Origin: Abditibacteriaceae bacterium
GTDB lineage: Bacteria; Armatimonadota; Abditibacteriia; Abditibacteriales; Abditibacteriaceae
DNA length: 21,231 bases
Direction of reading: 5' to 3'
Assembly: GCA_031425655.1 (NCBI GenBank)
Contig: JANPJS010000169.1
Span: 1 to 21,231 of the forward strand
Shown here: piece by piece, positions 8,086 to 14,830 of the stretch
Numbering within the stretch: position 1 is the first letter of the stretch
Layout: each line of letters opens with the position of its first letter
Notes under the pieces: model-generated
Database searches by the model: none
What the model saw: the letters and a program-made list of their open reading frames with translations, nothing else
Told to the model about the DNA's origin: nothing
Program-made: the position numbers and the translations under genes

Positions 8086-9432
8086 ATGGCGAGCCGAGAT
8101 TTTCATTCTGACGATGCACAGCGCGAATGCGCGCGAGCGGCACTGGCGCTGACGGCACTTTTCGATAGCGAGGCCAACCCGGACGATTCGCGGTTGGCTC
8201 AATCGCATCTGGAAGGCTGCGCGCAATGCGCGTGGTTGTGGCAATCGTGGACAGGTTCGCGCTATTTGCTGCGCCGTTTGCCCGTGCCGGAAGTCCCGCC
8301 CGCGTTGCTGATGCGCGTCTTGCTCGCCGTGCGCCTGATGTCGTTTTCCAAGCGAGGCGTCGGCGCCTCCGCTTTGCCGACGATGAATTTTGAGCCGCAG
8401 GCAATCGAAGCGCGCGATGCACGCCTGCTGGCCGAGACTCTGCTGTTCTCCGGCGCCAATCCGTTTGCGCCGCGCCGGCTGCGTAAACGCAGGCCGCCTG
8501 CCGAGCATTTGTTCGATTTGCCGCCGCTTGATGCGTCTTTGCCTCAACCGCCAGCCGACCTTCATGCTCTCATTTTGAATCGAACCGTGGGCAGTGCGCC
8601 GCTGGTTGAAACGCCGGTTGCGGTCACGCCGGTCGAGCAGTTCGAGATCGCTGCGAAATCTGCCCACGGGCCGAAATGGGCCGTATCTAAGTCGTTGAAC
8701 GCGATCTTGTTACCTGTAGCAGCGGCTTGGTTGTTCGCACTTGCCTGGTCGCCGCAATTGGCTGAAACGGTAAATCCAACCTCGCCACTCGCTGAAACGC
8801 CGGTCTTGACCTCGCCCGACCGGAGCGAAACGCGCTTGGCACGGCAACCGGTTTCTCCGCGCGTTGCCAGAAAAATCAACCGCGAACCGGCGTTCGTTAT
8901 CAGCGAAGTCATGGCAACCGGGCCTCGGTCCGCGTCCGATGGGCCGGATTTCGTCTCGCCATCGCTGCGCCGCGAAAATGCGCCGGTGATGGAAACCAGC
9001 ACCTCCGAAGCGGCGCTTATTCAGCCGGATGGAGTGCAGAACGCGGAGTTTACGCCGGTGCCTGCGGCTTCTCCCATCGTAAAGCCGCTCCCGAAGATCG
9101 CAAAGGCCGCCCACTTCGTGCCGGCGATTTCCGTGGCGCCGGTAGCGTGGCGCGAACGCCGCGCCACTTGGAGCGCGCCGGATGTCCCGACGCTCGACAA
9201 GCGCGCTACAAAATGGCAAGCCGTGCCGCGTAATGCGATGCCGCCTGCTGCGCTCGCCGAAGAGCGCGACGAAGACGATGCCGCTCCTGACGCCGCCGAA
9301 ATCTTCGATCACGCGGCGCGCCTGACCGACAGCCGGCCCGACGATGTGCGCGATGTCATGGACGATTTCCATTCTTCGCTGCTTGCTTCCACCGACGAAG
9401 CGACTGCCACCGATGAAGCGGAAACCGGCTAA
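8086..9432 (+). CDS. zf-HC2 (ZAS) anti-sigma-factor-like membrane protein (~448 aa)
   Basis: C-x7-LFDSE...HLEGCAQC (HxxxCxxC), then PVPEVPPALLMRVL, one transmembrane segment (AILLPVAAAWLFALAW) and a low-complexity acidic tail. ATG at 8086. Confidence 0.8.
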   Translation: MASRDFHSDDAQRECARAALALTALFDSEANPDDSRLAQSHLEGCAQCAWLWQSWTGSRYLLRRLPVPEVPPALLMRVLLAVRLMSFSKRGVGASALPTMNFEPQAIEARDARLLAETLLFSGANPFAPRRLRKRRPPAEHLFDLPPLDASLPQPPADLHALILNRTVGSAPLVETPVAVTPVEQFEIAAKSAHGPKWAVSKSLNAILLPVAAAWLFALAWSPQLAETVNPTSPLAETPVLTSPDRSETRLARQPVSPRVARKINREPAFVISEVMATGPRSASDGPDFVSPSLRRENAPVMETSTSEAALIQPDGVQNAEFTPVPAASPIVKPLPKIAKAAHFVPAISVAPVAWRERRATWSAPDVPTLDKRATKWQAVPRNAMPPAALAEERDEDDAAPDAAEIFDHAARLTDSRPDDVRDVMDDFHSSLLASTDEATATDEAETG

Positions 9433-9462
9433 GAAACGCGCTAAAAACACCAAAGAACTTCC

Positions 9463-9498
9463 AAAAGCGGCCCGATTTAGCAAATCGGGCCGCTTTTT
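9463..9498. terminator. Intrinsic terminator hairpin, possibly bidirectional
   Basis: AAAAGCGGCCCGATTT-AGC-AAATCGGGCCGCTTTT(T): perfect 16-bp stem 30 nt after the stop at 9432. Confidence 0.85.
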
Positions 9499-9753
9499 GC
9501 GGGGCTAATGCCCTCTTCCAAACAAAGTTTAGCACTCGTATGTTTGGAAGAGGGCGTCAGTCCATTGGCATTAAGTTAAGCGATTGCGAAACGTAGCTTC
9601 CCTCCCTCCGGGAGGCGGGTGCCCACTTGTGGGCAGGAAGGGAGGGCAAGACGGCGGCTTTGCCGCCGTCAACCCCCACCTAACCTCCCCCACAGGGGAG
9701 GAACTATGCTTCGGAACGCCTTAACTTAATGCCGTTGTCCGTTAGCCCCGCAA
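9497..9753. repeat. REP-like host hairpin interrupted by an insertion
   Basis: Perfect 12-bp IR TTGCGGGGCTAA (9497-9508) / TTAGCCCCGCAA (9742-9753), plus a perfect 15-bp stem GCCCTCTTCCAAACA (9510-9524) / TGTTTGGAAGAGGGC (9541-9555). Confidence 0.7.
9563..9737. mobile_element. MITE-like element (175 bp) with IS4-type terminal inverted repeats
   Basis: CATTGGCATTAAGTTAAG (9563-9580) / CTTAACTTAATGCCGTTG (9720-9737) match 16/18 with a perfect 14-bp core. The interior has several GC-rich hairpins. Flanks are degenerate direct repeats (CGTCAGTC / CGTTAGCC). Confidence 0.6.
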
Positions 9754-9755
9754 GT

Positions 9756-9784
9756 TTGAACTGTGTGTTACGCTGCGCTAAGAT
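9756..9784 (+). promoter_or_regulatory. Putative sigma70 promoter for cysC-ppk2
   Basis: TTGAAC (9756-9761), 17-nt spacer, TAAGAT (9779-9784), 41 nt upstream of the GTG start. Confidence 0.5.
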
Positions 9785-9825
9785 GAAATCGTCTTGAAAT
9801 TGACTGTTTTGAAGGGGTTTTTGCG

Positions 9826-10371
9826 GTGCATAAAGGTTTTACGCTCTGGTTCACAGGGCTTTCCGGTTCGGGGAAAAGCACGTTGACGGATCTGCTGCAC
9901 GAGGAATTTCAGCGCCGTGGCTACAAAGTCGAAGTGTTGGATGGCGACATTGTGCGCACCAATTTAAGTAAGGGATTGGGCTTCTCGAAAGAAGACCGCG
10001 ATACCAACATTCGTCGCATCGGTTTCGTGTGCGATTTGCTCAGCCGCAACGGTGTCATTGCGATTTCCGCCGCGATTTCGCCTTATCGTGCTGTGCGCCA
10101 CGACGTGCGCGAACTTATCGAAAGCAATGGCAGCGGTTTCGTCGAGGTTTTCACGCGCTGCTCGTTGGACGAACTGGTGCGACGCGATGTCAAAGGGCTT
10201 TATCGCAAAGCGCTTGCGGGCGAAATCCAAAATTTTACCGGCGTTTCCGACCCTTACGAGGAGCCGGAAAATCCCGAAGTGCTGATCGAGAGCGATAGCG
10301 AATCGGCGCAGCAAGGCTTCGCCAAAGTCATCGCTTTCCTCGAAGAAAAAGGACTCATCGGCAAAGAATAG
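9826..10371 (+). CDS. cysC: Adenylyl-sulfate (APS) kinase
   Basis: [13 protein letters not shown]-loop, [52 protein letters not shown]. Confidence 0.97.
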   Translation: MHKGFTLWFTGLSGSGKSTLTDLLHEEFQRRGYKVEVLDGDIVRTNLSKGLGFSKEDRDTNIRRIGFVCDLLSRNGVIAISAAISPYRAVRHDVRELIESNGSGFVEVFTRCSLDELVRRDVKGLYRKALAGEIQNFTGVSDPYEEPENPEVLIESDSESAQQGFAKVIAFLEEKGLIGKE

Positions 10372-10376
10372 CCACG

Positions 10377-10441
10377 CACCACAAAGACACAAAGGCACAA
10401 AGAGCGATGAGTTATCTTTGTGCCTTTGTGTCTTTGTGGTG
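10377..10441. repeat. Perfect 27-bp inverted repeat built from three CACAAAG(A/G) octamers
   Basis: CACCACAAAGACACAAAGGCACAAAGA (10377-10403), 11-nt loop, then its exact reverse complement (10415-10441). Confidence 0.95.
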
Positions 10442-10452
10442 AAATAAAGCGC

Positions 10453-11259
10453 ATGAAAACAGGACTCGTTAAGGTCGTGCCGGGCAAGAAGATTCGCCTG
10501 AAAAACATGGATGCCAGCGACAGCGGCGGTTACAAGGTCAAAGAAGAATCGCTGGCACGCTTGGGCGAATTGCAGGAAAAACTGCGTGAACTGCAAGACC
10601 GCCTTTACGCCGAAGACAAGCGCAGTTTACTCTTGATTTTTCAGGCGATGGACACCGGCGGTAAAGACGGCGCCGTCAAAAGCCTGCTCACGGGCATCAA
10701 TCCGGCGGGCGTTCACGTCACGAGCTTCAAGGCGCCTTCGAGCGAAGAACTTGACCACGATTATTTGTGGCGCGTGCATCAGAAAGTGCCTGCGCGCGGC
10801 TTAATCGGCGTCTGGAATCGCTCGCATTACGAGGACGTGCTGATCGTGCGCGTCCATAAATTAGTCGAAACACAGGTGTGGAAATCGCGGTTTGCACAGA
10901 TCAACGCCTTTGAGGAATTGCTGGCCGCCAACGGCGTGACGATTCTCAAATTCTTCTTGCACATCTCGAAGGACGAGCAAAAAGAGCGACTGCAAGCGCG
11001 CTTGGACGACCCATCGAAACAGTGGAAATTCAACGTCGGCGACTTGAAAGAGCGCGCTTTCTGGGACGATTATCAAAACGCTTACGAAGACGCTCTTAAC
11101 GAGTGTTCAACGCCCCACGCGCCGTGGCACATCGTTCCCTCCGACAAAAAATGGGCACGCAACATCGCCGTCGCCGAGGCCGTCGGCGAAGCTTTAGAGG
11201 CCATGAAACCTCAATATCCGAAGGTCGAATTCGATCCACAAAAGATTGTGATTAAGTGA
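10453..11259 (+). CDS. ppk2: Polyphosphate kinase 2 family (class III-like polyphosphate:nucleotide phosphotransferase), ~268 aa
   Basis: QAMDTGGKDG Walker A, SFKAPSSEELDHDYLWR, NRSHYEDVL, KFFLHISKDEQKERL, APWHIVPSDKKW. Start trimmed to ATG 10453 because the upstream extension comes from the repeat. Confidence 0.93.
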   Translation: MKTGLVKVVPGKKIRLKNMDASDSGGYKVKEESLARLGELQEKLRELQDRLYAEDKRSLLLIFQAMDTGGKDGAVKSLLTGINPAGVHVTSFKAPSSEELDHDYLWRVHQKVPARGLIGVWNRSHYEDVLIVRVHKLVETQVWKSRFAQINAFEELLAANGVTILKFFLHISKDEQKERLQARLDDPSKQWKFNVGDLKERAFWDDYQNAYEDALNECSTPHAPWHIVPSDKKWARNIAVAEAVGEALEAMKPQYPKVEFDPQKIVIK

Positions 11260-11347
11260 GGCGGAATCTTGATACTCGATGCTCGATGACCGATAAGAAA
11301 CCTCATCTGCCCAGCATCAAGAATCCAGCATCAAGAATCCAGCCTCA
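11257..11347. repeat. Imperfect inverted heptamer-array element between convergent genes
   Basis: Left arm TGAGGCGGAATCTTGATACTCGATGCTCGATG. The right arm contains (CCAGCATCAAGAAT)x2 + CCAGC (11311-11343), and its reverse complement reads TGAGGCTGGATTCTTGATGCTGGATTCTTGATG. Both arms begin at the genes' TGA stops. Confidence 0.75.
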
Positions 11348-11974
11348 TCCCAACGAAACCACGATGTCTTCTTTGCGGCGGCATTGAGGACAAGCCAAGC
11401 TGCGCCCGCCGTCGCCGCCTCGCACCTCGAAGGCTAATTGCGGACCGGAAAAATCGCAGGCGCCGCAGCGTGCGAAGCCAATGGGAATTGGCGCTTCGGA
11501 CGGCGGTTTGTGCGAGGCCACAGGTTTTGGGCGCGGGGCCGCGCTGTGGATTGCGACCGGCGCATCGTTTCCGGTCTCTGCATCGTAAGCGTAAACGCGG
11601 CGCAAATGCGCCACCACACGCGTGACCAGCAACTTGGGATTAAATGGCTTGGCCACATAATCGTCGGCGCCCATTTTGAAGCATTGCAATTGCGGCTCTT
11701 CGCCCGATAAAGCGGTCATGATGATGATTGGGACGGTGCTGGTTTCGCGGATTTTCATACAAACCGCACGACCGTCCATGCCGGGCATCATCAAATCGAG
11801 CAAAACCAAATGCGGATCGGCTTCTTTAAAGGCGCTGAGTCCTGTAGCGCCGTCCGCCGTGTAACGGCAGTCTAGGCCGGCGCGGCCCAGGTTCAACAAG
11901 ATCAAACGCGCGACTTCGGCATCGTCTTCCACGACGAGGATGCGGAATTTTGCGCTGGGAGCAGGTAAAGGCAT
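11345..11974 (-). CDS. Response regulator: OmpR-type receiver domain plus C-terminal CxxC-x21-CxxC zinc ribbon (~209 aa)
   Basis: ILVVEDD, LVLLDLMMPGMDG, PIIIMTA, GADDYVAKPF, then a Pro-rich linker and CGAC...CPQC. ATG at 11974 preferred over TTG at 11998. Confidence 0.9.
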   Translation of the reverse strand: MPLPAPSAKFRILVVEDDAEVARLILLNLGRAGLDCRYTADGATGLSAFKEADPHLVLLDLMMPGMDGRAVCMKIRETSTVPIIIMTALSGEEPQLQCFKMGADDYVAKPFNPKLLVTRVVAHLRRVYAYDAETGNDAPVAIHSAAPRPKPVASHKPPSEAPIPIGFARCGACDFSGPQLAFEVRGGDGGRSLACPQCRRKEDIVVSLG

Positions 11975-12040
11975 AGATTTTAGTGTCTCTCGGAACAATT
12001 CGTCAGGCCGCGTGCAACACGATTCGCCTAACTACGCTTA

Positions 12041-12964
12041 TTACAGCAATGTTAATACAGCCACAAGTATCGCCCAAAACAGCATATTTATCATCAATGG
12101 TTTGTCGCGCAATAATTGCTCCGGCTCGCCGCCGACTGCCGACGAATGCGCCAGCAGCAAAAACCGAAAAATGCCGTAGACCACGAAGGGTATCGTAATC
12201 ATCAGCGATTGATGATTGCCGGCGACGGCTGTGCTTTGCGATGCCAGAAAGGTATAAAGCGAATACGACGTGATCGTGAGGCCGGCGGCGATGCCGATGA
12301 AAGTATCGAGAAGCGGCACCGAATAAAGCGGCAGCACACGCCGCGTTGCTTCCGAGTTTTCGCCCATTTCCAGCAACTCCGCGCGACGTTTGCACAAAGC
12401 CACAAACAGCGCGAGGGTGAACGTGCAGAAGACAATCCACTCGGAAATCGGGACGGGAATTGCCAGACAGCCCGCCGCCATGCGCAGCACGAAGCCCGCC
12501 GCGATCACCAAAACGTCTACGATGACCTCATTTTTCAAAACGAACGAATAAGCCAAAGTCAGCGCGAGGTAACTTGCCGCCACGATAGGAAACAGCCACG
12601 CCTTCGGCTCCAAAAGCGCCACTGACATCGCCGCCACCAACGCAATAATCAAACAACCGACGATCAATGCCAGCGCGCCGCGTTTTGAAATGCGTCCGGC
12701 GGCCAGAGGCCGATTTTTCTTAATTGGATGCAATCGGTCGCGCTCGATGTCGCGCCAATCGTTGATAACGTAAGCCGCGCCCGACAGCGCACAAAACGCC
12801 GTAAACGCCAGCAATACGCGCAGAATTTCGCCCGCGACCACCAGACGATGCGCTGGATTTTCCAAGCCGCGCAAATGCCCGGCGAAGAGAAAACCGGCGA
12901 ACAATAGCCCGTTCTTAGCCCACTGCCGCGTCCGCACGGCGCGCGAAATATCTCGGAGACTCAT
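12041..12964 (-). CDS. UbiA-family prenyltransferase, decaprenyl-phosphate phosphoribosyltransferase-like (307 aa)
   Basis: RTRQWAKN, YVINDWRDIERDRLHPIKKNRPLAAG, YSFVLKNEVIVDV, KRRAEL, and multiple transmembrane helices. Confidence 0.9.
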   Translation of the reverse strand: MSLRDISRAVRTRQWAKNGLLFAGFLFAGHLRGLENPAHRLVVAGEILRVLLAFTAFCALSGAAYVINDWRDIERDRLHPIKKNRPLAAGRISKRGALALIVGCLIIALVAAMSVALLEPKAWLFPIVAASYLALTLAYSFVLKNEVIVDVLVIAAGFVLRMAAGCLAIPVPISEWIVFCTFTLALFVALCKRRAELLEMGENSEATRRVLPLYSVPLLDTFIGIAAGLTITSYSLYTFLASQSTAVAGNHQSLMITIPFVVYGIFRFLLLAHSSAVGGEPEQLLRDKPLMINMLFWAILVAVLTLL

Positions 12965-12973
12965 AAATTCAAA

Positions 12974-13415
12974 TTAACCGCCGATGAACGCGGATAAACA
13001 CGGATTTTTAAGAAGATTCCATTTCGTTCCATAATAAGCGCATGAACGGAGTCGGGCGAAATACATTTGCGGGATCGTCTTCGTCAAAGAGACTCCAATA
13101 TTCAACTGTGGCCTTATTCAAATTCCAGTCCTGCCGCAGCAATCTGGCGATGCGCTCCCATAGCACCTCATTGTGTTCATCAACCAAATAGTCCTCGTAA
13201 GAAGCGGTGATGAGTTCCATGAGGCAAAATTTCTCAATGTCGGTCAATTCAGCCGACTCGTAAACGTCACAAAATTCGGCGATACGATTCTCATCGGCCA
13301 TTTCTAACCACCAATCCTGACAGGGCAGGGGTGGCGGAAACTTCAGCAGTTGAGACAGATATTCGAGTGGTTTTCTTTGCTCCATCTGTGTTTATCGGTG
13401 TTCATCGGTGGTTAA
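12974..13415. mobile_element. Putative gene cassette: 32-bp inverted arms of 10-bp tandem units enclosing one gene
   Basis: TTAACCGCCGATGAACGCGGATAAACACGGAT (12974-13005) vs the reverse complement of 13384-13415, TTAACCACCGATGAACACCGATAAACACAGAT: 28/32 match. TTAA lies at both outer ends. Confidence 0.65.
13008..13385 (-). CDS. Hypothetical acidic helical protein, 125 aa (cassette cargo)
   Basis: The ORF exactly fills the space between the inverted arms. It is AT-richer than its neighbours and rich in D/E/W/Y (QDWWLEMAD, EKFCLMELITAS, TVEYWS, TPFMRLLW). Confidence 0.8.
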   Translation of the reverse strand: MEQRKPLEYLSQLLKFPPPLPCQDWWLEMADENRIAEFCDVYESAELTDIEKFCLMELITASYEDYLVDEHNEVLWERIARLLRQDWNLNKATVEYWSLFDEDDPANVFRPTPFMRLLWNEMESS

Positions 13416-13694
13416 AAGAGCTTGTTTCACCGCCTCAACCGGCACGCGGGCGAATTTTTCGACGTGGCCTAAGCGCGTCGGCAAGATGAAATTCAAAGTT
13501 TTGCCGCGCGATTTCTTATCCAGCGCCATCGCCGCGAAAATCTCGGCTTCTTCCGCGTTCGGCGGCACTTGGGTTGGCAATCCGGTGCGCTCGAAAAGCC
13601 GCGTTTGGCGCGCAATTAAATTATCGGCTTCGTCGGTTGGCATCGTATTAAGAATCTTCGCCAAGCGTGCCGCGACGGTCATGCCGCAGGCAAC
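13392..13694 (-). pseudogene. aroB: 3-dehydroquinate synthase C-terminal fragment (5'-truncated)
   Basis: (VACG)MTVAARLA...GLPT...MALDKKSRGKTLNFILPTRLG matches the AroB C-terminus after HGEAVAxGM. The N-terminal portion of about 250 aa is absent and a repeat element lies in its place. Confidence 0.85.
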
Positions 13695-13790
13695 AACGGC
13701 ACGAAGACCGCCTGCGCGGCCTAAAAACCGAAATATCAGGCTCCGCAGGGAGCCTTCGTGTCGTTGTTGCCTGCGGCTTTAGCCGCCGGG
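13683..13790. repeat. REP-like composite palindrome with truncated left arm
   Basis: GCCGCAGGCAACAACGGCACGAAG (13683-13706) / CTTCGTGTCGTTGTTGCCTGCGGC (13754-13777) match 23/24. Internal hairpin AGGCTCC-GCAG-GGAGCCT. The terminal hairpin GCGGCTTTAGCCGC (13773-13786) is present only on the right arm. Confidence 0.8.
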
Positions 13791-13865
13791 GCACTCAGGC
13801 AAGGCCTCGAATAATTCCTATGCGTTTGCCCTGCTCAGGATTAATGACTATTCTCAGACAGCTTC

Positions 13866-14771
13866 TTAGCGCACTTTCCGGCGCCGCCAAACGAGCCAGA
13901 CCGGCACGCTAACGAGCGGCAGCACGACAATCCACGGCAATATTGCGACAACAAGCAGCACGATGCCCTTGCCGAAGTCGCGCAGTTGGCCGAGCGAGCC
14001 TTGAAACGTCCGCGCGATTTGGTCGCCGAATGTGGTGGGTTTGGGCGCCACATAGCCTTTGACTTCGTGGAGCGTCACGGTGATCGTGGTCAGCGAAGTC
14101 ATGTTGGCCAGCAGGCGAAGGCGTCCCTGCATTTGTTCGATCTCGCCGCGCACCCGGCTGAGTTCCTTTTCGACTTGCAAAACTTCACTCAATTTGGCCG
14201 TAGCGCGTTGCAAGAGCTGAAGCAATCGCTTTTCTTCGACTTGTTTGTTGGAAATGCGCGCCTGAAGATCGTAGAATTCGGCGGTCACGTCTTGCGAATC
14301 GGTGTGCGTGGTCTGGAGTTCGCCGAGTTTGACGACGGCGTTCATAAAAGCCTCGAACTGCTTTTCAGGAATGCGGATTTTCCATGTGCCCCGTCGCGGT
14401 GTGCCGGGCGTGCCGCCGACGTTGGTTTCGGCGATGTAACCGCCGTGTTTTTTTGCCAGCGCCAACAAATTCTGTTGCGCCAATGAAAAGTTATCGGAGA
14501 TGAGTTCTACCGTCGCGGTGTAAATAATTTTGCGCGGGACGGCAGACGCCGCTTGAACCAGTTGCCCCGTCGCCACCGCCGGCGCCGCTTCGTTCGAGGC
14601 CGATTTCGAAGCGTCATCGCTGGCCGTTACTGCGGGTGCGCCGACACTGCCGGGGGCAGCAGGAGGCGACATTGCTGATTCCGACTCGCTGGCGCCGCAA
14701 CCGGCGAAAACCAGCAAAGCGGCTAAAGACAGGCCCGATAAGATCGTCGTCAGTGTTCGCAAGGCGTTCAT
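13866..14771 (-). CDS. DUF4349 domain lipoprotein, 301 aa
   Basis: Lipobox LLVFAGC, RKIIYTATVEL, GGYIAET, SQDVTAEFYDLQARI, VEKELSRVRGEIEQMQGRL, C-terminal transmembrane segment LPW...WRRRK. GGAG RBS upstream. Confidence 0.9.
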   Translation of the reverse strand: MNALRTLTTILSGLSLAALLVFAGCGASESESAMSPPAAPGSVGAPAVTASDDASKSASNEAAPAVATGQLVQAASAVPRKIIYTATVELISDNFSLAQQNLLALAKKHGGYIAETNVGGTPGTPRRGTWKIRIPEKQFEAFMNAVVKLGELQTTHTDSQDVTAEFYDLQARISNKQVEEKRLLQLLQRATAKLSEVLQVEKELSRVRGEIEQMQGRLRLLANMTSLTTITVTLHEVKGYVAPKPTTFGDQIARTFQGSLGQLRDFGKGIVLLVVAILPWIVVLPLVSVPVWLVWRRRKVR

Positions 14772-14830
14772 AGATTTATTCTCCGCTCCGTTTGAGCCAC
14801 GCGCCGGGCTTTTCGTTCCCCCGCGCCCGA

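Noticed and set aside
9563..9737. Possible riboswitch or ncRNA upstream of cysC (e.g. SAM-type)
   Set aside because: No recognisable aptamer consensus. It lies upstream of the predicted promoter and is better explained by TIR-bounded repeat structure. An Rfam scan would settle it.
10420..10452. ppk2 extension MPLCLCGEIKR; similarly the AKR extension to 15850 and the Gfo-AKR extension from 17170
   Set aside because: These are translations of palindromic repeat arms. Better starts exist at 10453, 15808 and 17290, the last two with RBSs.
13695..13865. Possible frameshifted or intron-split 5' part of aroB
   Set aside because: The sequence upstream of VACG is the palindromic repeat plus a short spacer before the DUF4349 stop, so there is no room or similarity for the missing region.
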